Source: Alkalispirochaeta sp. (GTDB lineage: Bacteria; Spirochaetota; Spirochaetia; DSM-27196; Alkalispirochaetaceae). From it: a DNA stretch of 64,000 bases. The translations under genes were made by a program, and so were the position numbers. Location of the stretch: positions 352,001 through 416,000 of the forward strand of contig CBDESZ010000004.1 in assembly GCA_965242725.1 (NCBI GenBank), written 5' to 3'. Under the pieces are notes generated by a model, which was not told the DNA's origin, searched no databases, and worked only from the letters and a program-made list of their open reading frames with translations. How positions within the stretch are numbered: position 1 is the stretch's first letter; every line of letters begins with the position of its first letter. This document shows, piece after piece, positions 48,379 through 58,216 of this stretch.

Positions 48379-50235
48379 ATGGACAACAAACACGTTCACT
48401 ACAACATCTGGTATTTCATCGGCGCCTTGTTCGTCATCCTGCTGCTGCAAGGCTGGCTGGCGCAGCAGCAACGGGTCGAGACGATTCCCTACAGCGCGTT
48501 CCAGGCGCAGCTACGCGACGGCAAGATCGCGTCGATCTCGGTCGCCGATTCATACATCCGCGGGGTGCTGCGAGAACCGAACGCGGCGGGCCAAACGGAG
48601 ATCTTCACGGTGCGGGTCGATCCGGACTTGGCGAAGGACCTCGAGGACTTCGACGTGACCTATACGGGCATCGCCGAAGACACGCTGGTGCGGCAGATCG
48701 CCAGCTGGCTGGTGCCGATGGTGATCTTCCTGTTCATCTGGATGTACGTGTTTCGGCGCGTCGCGGGCGGCGGCGGCTTCGGCCTTGGCGGCAGCATGGC
48801 GATCGGCAAAAGCAAGGCGAAGATCCAGATGGAGACGGACATCAAGGTGACGTTCGACGACGTCGCCGGGGTCGACGAAGCCAAGCAGGAATTGAACGAG
48901 ATCGTGCGGTTCCTGAAGGAGCCGGAGGCCTACGGGCGGCTCGGCGCGCACGTGCCGAAGGGGGTGTTGCTGGTCGGGCCGCCGGGGTGCGGCAAGACGC
49001 TGTTGGCGCGGGCGGTGGCCGGTGAAGCCGGGGTGGTGTTCTTTTCGATCAACGGGTCGGAGTTCGTCGAGATGTTCGTCGGGGTCGGCGCGGCGCGGGT
49101 GCGCGACCTGTTCGAGCAGGCGCGGCAGGCGGCGCCGTGCATCATCTTTATCGACGAGTTGGATGCCCTGGGGCGGGCACGCGGGGTGATCCCGGTGTCC
49201 GGCGGCAGCGACGAGAAGGAGCAGACCCTCAATCAGTTGCTGGCGGAACTGGACGGGTTCGATCCGAGCGCCGGCGTGGTGCTGCTGGCGGCAACCAACC
49301 GGCCGGAGATCCTCGACCAAGCATTGTTGCGGGCGGGGCGGTTCGACCGGCAGGTGCTGGTCGACCGGCCGGACAAGGTGGGGCGGCAGCAGATCCTGTC
49401 GATCTACCTGCAACGGGTGACGTGCGGGCCCGACCTCAGCGTCGAGGAGATCGCCAGCCTGACGGCGGGGTTTTCGGGCGCCGACTTGGCCAACCTGGTG
49501 AACGAGGCGGCGATCCTGGCGACCCGGCGCGGCGGGGCGGGGGTGGAAATGGCGGACGTGACGCGGGCCATCGAGCGGATTATCGCCGGGCTGGAGCGCA
49601 AGCACCGGCTGATGAGCCCGCACGAACGCAAGGTGATCGCGACCCACGAGGCCGGCCACGCCTTGGTGGCGCGGGCGCTGCCGGGGACGGACGCGGTGCA
49701 CAAGATCTCGATCATCCCGCGCGGGGTCGGGGCCCTGGGGTACACGATCCAGCGGCCGACGGAAGACCGCTACCTGATGGCGCGGTGGGAACTGGAGAAC
49801 AAGATGGCGGTGCTGCTCGGCGGCCGGGCAGCGGAGATGCTGGTGTTCGGCGAACTGTCGACGGGGGCCGCCGACGACCTGAACAAGGCGACGGATATCG
49901 CGCGCAACATGGTCATGCGGTACGGCATGAGCGACGACCTGGGCCATGCGATCTATGTCGAGGACCGGCCCTTGTTCCTGGATGGGGCGGCGCAGCGGCT
50001 CGCGCGCGGCGATACCCACTCCGAAGAAACGGCGCGGGAAATCGACGTCGCGGTGCGGGACCTGGTCGGCGCGGCGTTCGACACGGCGATGGCGACGTTG
50101 AAGACGCACCGGAACGCGCTGGATGAGGTGGCGCAAGCGTTGCTGGCGAAGGAAACGCTGACGGCGGAGGACCTGCCGGTTTTGCGGGACGAAAAGGCCT
50201 CGCACAGGGACGTCGCCGAGGCGGAAACGACATGA
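48379..50235 (+). CDS. ftsH: ATP-dependent zinc metalloprotease FtsH (probably a secondary paralog)
   Basis: Two N-terminal [40 protein letters not shown] and HEAGH. Confidence 0.95.
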   Translation: MDNKHVHYNIWYFIGALFVILLLQGWLAQQQRVETIPYSAFQAQLRDGKIASISVADSYIRGVLREPNAAGQTEIFTVRVDPDLAKDLEDFDVTYTGIAEDTLVRQIASWLVPMVIFLFIWMYVFRRVAGGGGFGLGGSMAIGKSKAKIQMETDIKVTFDDVAGVDEAKQELNEIVRFLKEPEAYGRLGAHVPKGVLLVGPPGCGKTLLARAVAGEAGVVFFSINGSEFVEMFVGVGAARVRDLFEQARQAAPCIIFIDELDALGRARGVIPVSGGSDEKEQTLNQLLAELDGFDPSAGVVLLAATNRPEILDQALLRAGRFDRQVLVDRPDKVGRQQILSIYLQRVTCGPDLSVEEIASLTAGFSGADLANLVNEAAILATRRGGAGVEMADVTRAIERIIAGLERKHRLMSPHERKVIATHEAGHALVARALPGTDAVHKISIIPRGVGALGYTIQRPTEDRYLMARWELENKMAVLLGGRAAEMLVFGELSTGAADDLNKATDIARNMVMRYGMSDDLGHAIYVEDRPLFLDGAAQRLARGDTHSEETAREIDVAVRDLVGAAFDTAMATLKTHRNALDEVAQALLAKETLTAEDLPVLRDEKASHRDVAEAETT

Positions 50236-50684
50236 TCAAACCGGTGATCACCTGGATCTTGGTGGCGGACGCGGGGCGCGCGCGGGTCGTGCAGCACGAC
50301 GGGCCCGGCCGCGGCCTGCAGGCGGTGCCCAGGTTAGCGGCACAACAAACGGTGCCGGCGAACCAAGACGAGGCAGCAGACCGCCAAGGCCGCAGTTTCG
50401 CGCGGCAGGGTCCCGGGCGCAGCGCCATGGAACGGCCGAGCGAGCCGGCGCGGCTGGCGAAGAAAGCGTTCGCCAAGGACCTGGCGGCGATGCTGACGCG
50501 GGAACTGGACAAGGGATCGTATGACCGGCTGATCGTCGTGGCGCCGCCGACAAACCTGGGCGACTTGCGCGCCGCGGTGAGCGACCGGGTACGGGCGACG
50601 ATCAGCCACGAAATCGACAAGGATCTGACGCACGTCCCGGTGCGCGACCTGGCGGCGTTCCTGGAACCGGTATTGGCCGTTTAA
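50232..50684 (+). CDS. Host attachment protein (AtsE-like; release-factor-related fold)
   Basis: TWILVADAGRAR, DRQGR, LIVVAPP..LGDLR and EIDKDLT. ATGA overlap with ftsH. Confidence 0.88.
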   Translation: MIKPVITWILVADAGRARVVQHDGPGRGLQAVPRLAAQQTVPANQDEAADRQGRSFARQGPGRSAMERPSEPARLAKKAFAKDLAAMLTRELDKGSYDRLIVVAPPTNLGDLRAAVSDRVRATISHEIDKDLTHVPVRDLAAFLEPVLAV

Positions 50685-50685
50685 G

Positions 50686-51654
50686 GTGACGGCGGTCCGC
50701 CTCGCAACCTTCAACCTGGAAAACCTCGACGACCGGCCAGGGCTGGATCCGCCGTTGGCGGCGCGGTTGCCGGCGCTGCGGCCGCAGCTACAGCGGCTCG
50801 ACGCGGATGTCCTGTGCCTGCAGGAGGTCAACGGCCAGCGGGCGGCGCGCGGCGGCGACCGGACCCTGGCGGCGCTGGACACCTTGCTCGACGGGACGCC
50901 GTATGCGGCGTTCGACCGCGCGGTGACGCGGAACGCGGCGGGGCATATCGCCGACGTGCACAACCTGGTGACCCTGAGCCGCTGGCCGATCGGGGCACGC
51001 GAGGTGATTTCCTGCGACACGGTGGTCGCGGCGACGTGGAAATCGGGCGCGGACACGGGGCAGCCGCACACCGTCGGTTACGACCGGCCCGGCCTGGCGA
51101 CACGGGTGGACACCCCTGGAGGGCCCATTTGGGTGGTCAACCTGCATCTGAAATCGCCGGCGGCAGCGGCGGTGCCGGGCGCCAAGGAAGACCCACACAC
51201 CTGGCGTAGCGCCGAAGCGTGGGCCGAGGGCTGCTACCTGGCGGCGCTACAGCGCAACGCGCAGGCGCTGGACGCCCGACGGTTTATCGACCGGGTGTTG
51301 GACGACGATGGGGCGGCGCGGATCGCCGTGTGCGGCGACCTCAACGCCGATCTCGACGAGGTCCCGGTGCGGCTGCTGCGGGCGGCGACGGACGACACGG
51401 GCAACGGTGCCCTGGCCGGCCGGGCCCTGGTGGCGCCGGAACGGGGGTTGCCGGCGACGCGGCGCTACAGCGTGGTGCACCATGGACGGCCGGAGATGCT
51501 CGACCACGTGTTGGTGTCGCGCGCGCTGATGGGGGCGTTTAAGGACATCGAAGTGCACAACGAGGCGCTGGGCGACGAGCTGGTCGGGTTCGCGACGGTG
51601 CGTCACGACACGGCGTCGTACCACGCGCCGGTGGTGGCAAGCTTCGCGGTATAG
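50686..51654 (+). CDS. Endonuclease/exonuclease/phosphatase (EEP) family protein
   Basis: ATFNLENL, DVLCLQEV, NLHLKS, CGDLN and LDHVLVS. The C-terminal motif is SYHAP where SDH is canonical. Confidence 0.85.
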   Translation: MTAVRLATFNLENLDDRPGLDPPLAARLPALRPQLQRLDADVLCLQEVNGQRAARGGDRTLAALDTLLDGTPYAAFDRAVTRNAAGHIADVHNLVTLSRWPIGAREVISCDTVVAATWKSGADTGQPHTVGYDRPGLATRVDTPGGPIWVVNLHLKSPAAAAVPGAKEDPHTWRSAEAWAEGCYLAALQRNAQALDARRFIDRVLDDDGAARIAVCGDLNADLDEVPVRLLRAATDDTGNGALAGRALVAPERGLPATRRYSVVHHGRPEMLDHVLVSRALMGAFKDIEVHNEALGDELVGFATVRHDTASYHAPVVASFAV

Positions 51655-51836
51655 GTAAGGAAGGCTGGCTGGCGGGGGTTCGAACGGGGGAGAGCCCCCC
51701 GCCAGCCGTCGCGGAGGCGACCTAGCCGCCGTACACCGCGATCCCTTCGGTTTGTTGGACGCGCCCACCCCCTCATGAGCCGATGACATTGAGGGGCCGA
51801 TGACCTTGGACGCGCCCAACGCGCCGTACGTCAGAT
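51655..51836 (-). ncRNA. Candidate small RNA (unverified)
   Basis: Intergenic between convergent genes, with two hairpins, two internal direct repeats, and an FNR-type box at class II spacing upstream on the minus strand. Confidence 0.3.
51667..51707. terminator. Strong GC-rich hairpin (terminator or 3' stem of a putative sRNA)
   Basis: 12-bp perfect stem GGCTGGCGGGGG / CCCCCGCCAGCC with a 17-nt loop. Confidence 0.6.
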
Positions 51837-51870
51837 GGGGCGACGCTACCGCGGGGTGGCGGGCAGCGCC

Positions 51871-51884
51871 TTGACGTGAGTCAA
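51871..51884. promoter_or_regulatory. Second FNR/FixK-type box
   Basis: TTGAC-GTGA-GTCAA, 13/14 identical to the box at 48330. Confidence 0.55.
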
Positions 51885-51900
51885 CGCGTCGCCCACGGCG

Positions 51901-52551
51901 CTACTGGGTGACGCGGCGGAACGGGATGATGTTGAGGGCGGCGCTGCGCTGGGTGACGTCGCCGTCGCGCACGGCGTAGCGGCGCTGGCAGCCGCTGCAG
52001 ATCAGGTCGACGTGCAGCACCGGCATGGTGGCATCGAAGCGCAGCAAGGGTTCGCCACAGCGGCAAATGAAACCGATGGTGCGGGCCGGGTTGCCGGCGG
52101 CGATGTGGAAGTCGGGAACATGGTGGGTGACGACGGCGCCCATGCCGACCATGGCAAACCGGCCGATGTTCAGGTCGGCGCCGACGATGGCACCGGCGCC
52201 GATGCTGGCGCCCTGGGCAATGACGGTGCGCGAGCGCGCGCCGATGTCGGGGCGCATGGCGGACAGGTCGGGTGTGGTGGCGCGGGGGTAACGGCGGTCG
52301 GCCATGATGACGCCGGGGCCGACATAGACGCCGTCCTCGACGGTGGCGCCGGGGCACAGGTGGACGCCGGCCTCGACCCGGACGCGGTCGCCGATGTCGA
52401 CGCCGGCGCCGAAGATAACCCCGGCGCCGATGGCGCAGTCGGCGCCGACGCTGGCCGGGCCGCTGATGTGGGCATGCTGGCGCACGGACGTTCCCGCGCC
52501 GAGGTCCACGCCTGCTTCGATCCAGGCGGTGGGGTCAATACGAACGGTCAT
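51901..52551 (-). CDS. Hexapeptide-repeat N-acetyltransferase (WxcM/WbpD-like) with C-terminal Zn-ribbon-like Cys cluster
   Basis: Left-handed beta-helix repeats, GASIGAGA.V, MVGMGAVVT..VP, GNPAR and CRCG...CSGC. Confidence 0.82.
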   Translation of the reverse strand: MTVRIDPTAWIEAGVDLGAGTSVRQHAHISGPASVGADCAIGAGVIFGAGVDIGDRVRVEAGVHLCPGATVEDGVYVGPGVIMADRRYPRATTPDLSAMRPDIGARSRTVIAQGASIGAGAIVGADLNIGRFAMVGMGAVVTHHVPDFHIAAGNPARTIGFICRCGEPLLRFDATMPVLHVDLICSGCQRRYAVRDGDVTQRSAALNIIPFRRVTQ

Positions 52552-52739
52552 ATACGGACGGCATCCCTACAAAACGAACCCGCGCGGACGGCCCGGTCCC
52601 ATCGCTGGTGTCCCGCGACGGGGTTTTCGGTACCGACCATGGACGCGAGTTTGGGTCCGTCGGGCAGGGCCGTCAAAACCGCATAAGGCGTTCCACGACT
52701 TAGTAAACGGCTATGCCGTTTGGCCCGGGGGACGGGGCT

Positions 52740-53438
52740 TTAGCGCACGTAGGCACCGCCATTTAGGTCGATGCATGCGCCGTTGAGGTTGCGCCAATGG
52801 GGCTGGGTCAGGTCGAAAACCTGGGCCGCGAGGTCGGCGATGGCGACAAACTCCCCGGTCGGGGTCTGGCCGCGGTGGCCCTCGCGGATTTCCGGGGCCA
52901 TGGCGTCGTGCATGGCGGAATCGGCGATCAGCGCGGGGGCGATGGCATTGACCCGGGTCGCGGGCGCCAGGGCGCGGGCCATGGATTTGACGAAGCCGAG
53001 GACGGCCGCCTTGGCGGCGGCGTAGAACGGGTCGAAGCTGCCGCGCTGGCCGGACACGGATGACATAACCAGGACGGATGAGGGGTCGCGCAAATGGGGC
53101 AGCAGGGCCTGCAGCAGCAGCGCCTGGCCGGTGAAGTTGACGTCGACGACGCGTTCGGCGAGGGCCGGGTCGTAGGCCGGCAGGTTGTTGCCGGGCAAGA
53201 GACCGGCGAACAGCAGGACGACGTCGAGGCCGCCGCGGTCGGCGACGGCGGTGGTCAGCGCGGCGCGGTCTTGGGGATCGGTGATGTCGGCCTGGATGTA
53301 GGCGGCGGTGGCCGAGGGGTTCGCCGGCGGGTGGCTGTGGTAGGTGGCGGTGACGTGGTCGCCGGCGGCGGAGTAGCGGTCGACGATGGCGGGGCCGATG
53401 CTCGACGAACCGCCGACCAAAAGGACGTTACGCGGCAT
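52740..53438 (-). CDS. SDR family oxidoreductase
   Basis: VGGSSSIG, SS.S, YAAAK and RVNAIAP. The start overlaps the manC stop. Confidence 0.85.
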   Translation of the reverse strand: MPRNVLLVGGSSSIGPAIVDRYSAAGDHVTATYHSHPPANPSATAAYIQADITDPQDRAALTTAVADRGGLDVVLLFAGLLPGNNLPAYDPALAERVVDVNFTGQALLLQALLPHLRDPSSVLVMSSVSGQRGSFDPFYAAAKAAVLGFVKSMARALAPATRVNAIAPALIADSAMHDAMAPEIREGHRGQTPTGEFVAIADLAAQVFDLTQPHWRNLNGACIDLNGGAYVR

Positions 53439-54825
53439 CGGTGGCCTCCGTGGCGACGGCGACGACGACCGCGGGGGTGGCGCTCGGGTTGGCCAGTTCG
53501 ACGGCGGTGTCGACGGTGACGCTGGCGCCGGCGGCCAGGGACCGGCCGGCGACGGTGAGCGGCGCGGCGGCGGTGCAGTGGACGGGTGCGCCGGGGTGCC
53601 AGGTGCCGGTGGCACCGGGTTGGACGGTGATCTCAAACACTGTATGGCCGTCGCCGCGGCTGAGGACGCGGGTACTGCCCCAGGCGTGGGGCACGGTGGC
53701 GGTGCGGTCGAGTTCGGGCCGGCCGGCGATGCGGTCGACGGCGGCGCGTAGGTCGTTGCCGTCGGCGCCCAAGCCGGCGACGAGCACCGCGTCGGGGGTC
53801 TCGAGGACGGCGACGTTGTCGACGCCGACGCAGACGACAAGGCGGCCGTCGGCGGCGACCAGGTTGTTGTGGGCGGCGGCGACGACAACGTCGCCGGTGA
53901 CGGCGTTGCCGGCGTCGGTCTTGGCGGCGGCCTCCCACCAACTCTGCCACGAGCCGACGTCGGACCAACCGAGGTCGTCGCAGGGCACGACGGCGACGTC
54001 GGGCGACTGCTCCATCACCGCGGTGTCGACGGGCATTGAGGGGATGGCGGCGTATGCCTCGGCGTCGAGGGTGCAGGTGCGGTCGTCGACGCGGTGAGTG
54101 TCGAAGGCGCCGCAGACGGCGGCGTGGAGGCCGGTCTCGGCATTGCGTAGTTCGGCCAGCAGCTTGTCGGCCGGCAGGACGAACATGCCGCTGTTCCACT
54201 TGTGGCCGGCCTTGACGAATTTGGCGGCAAGGTCGGCGTCGGGCTTTTCGAGGAACTGGCTGACCGTGCTGACGGCGGACTCGCCGATCGTCTCGCCCTG
54301 TTCGATGTAGCCGTAGCCGGTTTCGGGGCGGGTCGGGGTGATGCCGAAGGTGACCAGCTTGGCATGGTCGACGGCGGCGCGGGCCGCGGTCGCGACGTAT
54401 TCCTGCAGCTTGGCCTCGTTGGCGATGACGTGGTCGGCGGCGAGGACCCAGAGGGTGGACTCGGCGATGTGGGCGCGGGCGTAGAGCGCGGCAAAGGCAA
54501 TGGCGGCGGCGGTGTTGCGGGCCGACGGTTCGAGCAGGTAGTGGACGCGGGCGGCGACGTCGAGGGCCTCGACCTGGCGGCGCAAGGGCGCGACGAGATC
54601 GGCCAAGGTGACGACGAGGATATCGGCGGCGCCGGCGGTGACGGCGCGGCGCACGGCGGCCTGGAACAGGGAAACGTCGCTGCCGCCGACGCGGTGGAGT
54701 TGCTTGGGAAAATCGGTGCGGCTCAACGGCCAGAGGCGGCGGCCGGCGCCGCCGCACAGGATCACCGGGACCAGGGGCCGGTCGGGCGGTGCCGGCGGCT
54801 CAAAGGCGCGCGGTTGAAATGCCAT
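53428..54825 (-). CDS. manC: Mannose-1-phosphate guanylyltransferase with degenerate C-terminal PMI cupin
   Basis: PVILCGG.G.RLWPLSR..PKQ, EP..RNTA, ADH, PETGYGYI, F.EKP, WNSGMF and WSDVGSW. Confidence 0.9.
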   Translation of the reverse strand: MAFQPRAFEPPAPPDRPLVPVILCGGAGRRLWPLSRTDFPKQLHRVGGSDVSLFQAAVRRAVTAGAADILVVTLADLVAPLRRQVEALDVAARVHYLLEPSARNTAAAIAFAALYARAHIAESTLWVLAADHVIANEAKLQEYVATAARAAVDHAKLVTFGITPTRPETGYGYIEQGETIGESAVSTVSQFLEKPDADLAAKFVKAGHKWNSGMFVLPADKLLAELRNAETGLHAAVCGAFDTHRVDDRTCTLDAEAYAAIPSMPVDTAVMEQSPDVAVVPCDDLGWSDVGSWQSWWEAAAKTDAGNAVTGDVVVAAAHNNLVAADGRLVVCVGVDNVAVLETPDAVLVAGLGADGNDLRAAVDRIAGRPELDRTATVPHAWGSTRVLSRGDGHTVFEITVQPGATGTWHPGAPVHCTAAAPLTVAGRSLAAGASVTVDTAVELANPSATPAVVVAVATEATDAA

Positions 54826-54910
54826 TGGTGCCCCTCACAACCAGCATTCACGAAGACGCCGGCACATCATAATGCGCCGGCGTCAAACGGATACACCAAA
54901 CGGCGTCGGG

Positions 54911-57136
54911 TCAGCTCGTGTAGTACTTCGAGAACTGCTTGGTGTAGAGCATGGAGTCGCCGTAGTTGTAACCGGCGTTCTTGGCGACGTTGACCTGGTT
55001 GAGGACAACGCCGGCGACGTTACCACCGGCCTCGGCGACCTGCTTGATGGTGGCACCGACGGCGGCCCGCTGGGTCGACTGCCACTTGGCGACGACAACG
55101 GTCTGGTCGGCGCGGGCGGCGAGCAGCAGGCCGTCGGCGACGGCGAGGATCGGCGGGGCGTCGATCAGGACGATGTCGTAGCGCGACCGCAGTTCCTCGA
55201 GGATCTCGCGGAAGCGCGGGCTCTCCAACAGGTTCATCGGACGGACGAAGTCGGTGCCGGCCTTGATGTAGTGGAGGCCCGAGCGGGTGTCCTCGTTGAG
55301 CACGCTGTCGATGGAGTCGTCGTCGAGGAGCAACTGCATCAGGCCGCGGCCGTTACCGTCGTCGCCCAAGGCGCGGTGCAAGCGCGGGCGGCGGAAGTCG
55401 CAGTCGATGACGACGACCTTGCGGCCGAGGGCGGCGACGACGCGGCCCATGGCGGCGACCAGGGTGGTCTTGCCCTCGCCCGGCATGGCCGAGGTGAAGA
55501 CAATGCTCGACTGGCCGGGATCGCCGTCGTGCAGCAGCACGGTGGTATAGAGCCGGCGCATGGCTTCGGCGTAGTGGGATAAGGGGTTGTCGAGAACCAC
55601 TTCCTCCAGGACACGCTTGAAGCCGGGCATGGAGCGGACTTCCGGCACGAGGCCGAGGCCGCTGACGCCGAAGGACTTCTCGATCTCCTCGGCGCTGCGG
55701 AAGCCGCCCTCGAGGAGTTCGACCGCGAAGGCCAGGGTCAGGGCAAAGCCGAGGGCCATGCCGAGGGACGCCACCGCGAGGAGCTTGCGGTTGGGGAAGG
55801 CAGCGCGATCCGGGACCTCGGCCGGCGAGATGATGCGGGCGTTGGACTGGACGAAGTCGGAGGCGCCGGCGGCGTTCATCTGATCTAGGAACGTCGTGTA
55901 GAGCAGGCGGTTGGATTCGACCTCGCTGCGCAGGGCGGCAAGCTGGATCTCGGCACCGGACCGGCCGGCGATTTCGGAATCCAGCGCGTTGAGGGTTTGG
56001 TTGAGGGCGTTGACACGGGACTGGGCCAACGAGGCCTCGTTGCGGATGCCGGCGATGACGCGGTCCATCTCGGCCTGCATGCGGGCGGCGGCGCTGTCGC
56101 GCTCGGCCTGCAGGTTGATCATGACCGGGTGGCGGGGGCCGAACTCGGCGGTGGCCTGGGCCATGCGGGCGTCGATCTCGATGACCTGGGCGTTGAGGTC
56201 GAGAATGATGTTGGACTGCAGCACGTCGGGCAGCGCGGCGACGCCGCCGACGGAGTTGCGGGCGCGCTCGACCAGGGCGGCGCGGGCCTGGGCCTCGGCC
56301 AAGGCGGAGCGGGCGCGGGACAGCTCGGCGCTGACGTCGGAGATCTGCGACTGCAGGATACTGACGTCGTCGGCACCGAGGGTGATGTTCTGCTGCTCGC
56401 GGTAGCTGGCGAGGGCTTCCTCGGACTCGGTGAGCTTGGCGCGCAGTTCGGCGACCCGGGTGTTGAGCCAGGTAGTCGCCTCCTGGATCGCCTCGAAGCG
56501 GCTCTCCAGATGGTCGACGACGTAGAGGTCGGCGACGGTGTTGGCGGCCAGGGCGGCGAGCACCTTGTCCTCGGACTCGAACGTCACCTCGATAACGCGG
56601 GAGCGGCCGGCGGTGCCGACGTTGAGGCGCTTCAAGAAGCTGGTGACGAGGCGGTTGCGTTCGTCGGCGGCGGACACGACCTCGGTCTCGTCCTCGCCGA
56701 AGCTCAAGAGACCGCGCAGGCCCTCGGGCAACAGGCCGGCGATGGCCGACTCCTGGGGCTCGGCGGAAAACTCGAAGTGGCTGCCGAGGTCGAGCTTGTC
56801 GACGACGCGGCCGACGAGCTTGCGGGATTCGATGATTTCGATCTGGCTTTGGATGGTCTCGGCGGCGCTGTCGAGGCCGGTGGTGAAGTCGGTCGGGTTG
56901 AACAGGTTCTTGTCCGGCTCGATGAGGACCTCGGCGGTGGCCTCGAAACGCTCGGTCAGGGAAATGATAGCGAACAGGGCGCCGGCCATGAGGACGGTCA
57001 CGGTGACGCCAATGAGCCAACGCCGCCGTTTAATGATGGCGAACAGTTCGGACAAACTCAGGCCGCCGAGGACCTTTTCTTCAGGGCTCGACTGGCGGAG
57101 TTGGGAGATGAAAGGAACCGACTTCATGGTTGTCAC
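54911..57136 (-). CDS. wzc: Polysaccharide co-polymerase / tyrosine autokinase (Wzc/ExoP)
   Basis: Two TM with a periplasmic coiled coil, Walker A TSAMPGEGKTT, IDCDFRRP, LIDAPP and a C-terminal Tyr cluster. Confidence 0.92.
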   Translation of the reverse strand: MTTMKSVPFISQLRQSSPEEKVLGGLSLSELFAIIKRRRWLIGVTVTVLMAGALFAIISLTERFEATAEVLIEPDKNLFNPTDFTTGLDSAAETIQSQIEIIESRKLVGRVVDKLDLGSHFEFSAEPQESAIAGLLPEGLRGLLSFGEDETEVVSAADERNRLVTSFLKRLNVGTAGRSRVIEVTFESEDKVLAALAANTVADLYVVDHLESRFEAIQEATTWLNTRVAELRAKLTESEEALASYREQQNITLGADDVSILQSQISDVSAELSRARSALAEAQARAALVERARNSVGGVAALPDVLQSNIILDLNAQVIEIDARMAQATAEFGPRHPVMINLQAERDSAAARMQAEMDRVIAGIRNEASLAQSRVNALNQTLNALDSEIAGRSGAEIQLAALRSEVESNRLLYTTFLDQMNAAGASDFVQSNARIISPAEVPDRAAFPNRKLLAVASLGMALGFALTLAFAVELLEGGFRSAEEIEKSFGVSGLGLVPEVRSMPGFKRVLEEVVLDNPLSHYAEAMRRLYTTVLLHDGDPGQSSIVFTSAMPGEGKTTLVAAMGRVVAALGRKVVVIDCDFRRPRLHRALGDDGNGRGLMQLLLDDDSIDSVLNEDTRSGLHYIKAGTDFVRPMNLLESPRFREILEELRSRYDIVLIDAPPILAVADGLLLAARADQTVVVAKWQSTQRAAVGATIKQVAEAGGNVAGVVLNQVNVAKNAGYNYGDSMLYTKQFSKYYTS

Positions 57137-57174
57137 GTCGTGACGCTCCTAAAAATACGTGTTGGGTAGCGCGG

Positions 57175-57789
57175 TTAGCGAATCAACCGAGCCGGAATCT
57201 CTAAAATGTCTCCTGGAAAAACAGGGTCCGTGCCGTTGGCAAACTCACTGGTGCCGGAGGTGTTGGACGCGCGGATAATGAGCGGCTGCTTGTCGGGCAG
57301 CGCGGCGGCGGAACGGCCGCCGGCAGCGGCGATGGCGGCCAACACCGTCATGCCCGGCCGATAGGCCAGGTTGCCGGGCTGATTGACGCCGCCGAGCACA
57401 GCCACGGGCCGGTATTCAATAACCCGGACCGTGACGTTGGGGTCGCGGAGGAAATCGCCACGATAGCGCTCGGCGATTTCGGCCTCGACTTCGTCCTGGG
57501 TGCGGCCGGCAACGCGGACGTTGCCGATGAGCGCCATGGCGATCTGGCCGTCGCCACCGATGGGGAAGACGCCGGAGAGATCGTCGTGGCGCAGGATCGT
57601 CACCTCGATGGTGTCGCCGGTACCCAAGGGGAAGGACCGGCCGGAATTGGCAACGGGGGCGTTGGGGTCGAAAACCGGAATGTCCGGCCGCGCCGGGATC
57701 GGCAGATTGCCTTGGCTCGGGGCACAGGCGGCAAGCACGAAAATGCCGAAAACGATGACGCCCAAGCGGCGGGTCAGTTGCATAACCAT
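57175..57789 (-). CDS. wza: Polysaccharide export lipoprotein (OPX/Wza-like, short form)
   Basis: Lipobox LAAC, LGTGDTI.V, G.IAM.LIG.V.VAG, and SLBB domain V.VLGGV..PG. Confidence 0.85.
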   Translation of the reverse strand: MVMQLTRRLGVIVFGIFVLAACAPSQGNLPIPARPDIPVFDPNAPVANSGRSFPLGTGDTIEVTILRHDDLSGVFPIGGDGQIAMALIGNVRVAGRTQDEVEAEIAERYRGDFLRDPNVTVRVIEYRPVAVLGGVNQPGNLAYRPGMTVLAAIAAAGGRSAAALPDKQPLIIRASNTSGTSEFANGTDPVFPGDILEIPARLIR

Positions 57790-58216
57790 TGCCGAAAATC
57801 CTTACCCTTAGTCCAGTCGCGACCTACACAATTCCGGACCGCGCCGCCGTGAAAGGGAGGCAGGCGCAGCAGACTCCCGCGCCCGGAAATTCGGCGAATT
57901 ATGGGACCGTGCAAATTCACCTGCTAGCCTCTCAGAAGTGGGATATTTAGCGAATAGGGGTAAGTTCGACGCGCCAATGGGAATAGCGGCGCGGGCCCCC
58001 GGTTGCGACCGGCTTAGGCCGCATGAAACGTCGTTTTAAGCGATGCGCGGCGGGTTTGGTGCGGACCCTTTTGCTTACTCCCAATGCGACAAAGCGCGGG
58101 CCTGGGGGCGTGATAGTTTGCCGCGATCCGCGTCCTGAGGCTTGCGACCTACCAAAATAGTGCAACGGGCAACGACGCGGTAAACGCCCCGGCAACTGCG
58201 TTATCGTCGACCCGAA

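Noticed and set aside
51247..51819. 190-aa minus-strand ORF as the target of the second FNR box
   Set aside because: Mostly antisense to the EEP gene, runs through a strong hairpin and has no protein-like features.
57790..58216. ncRNA or ops/JUMPstart element in the wza-flippase intergenic region
   Set aside because: No convincing motif or stable repeat structure seen. It is adequately explained as a divergent promoter region.
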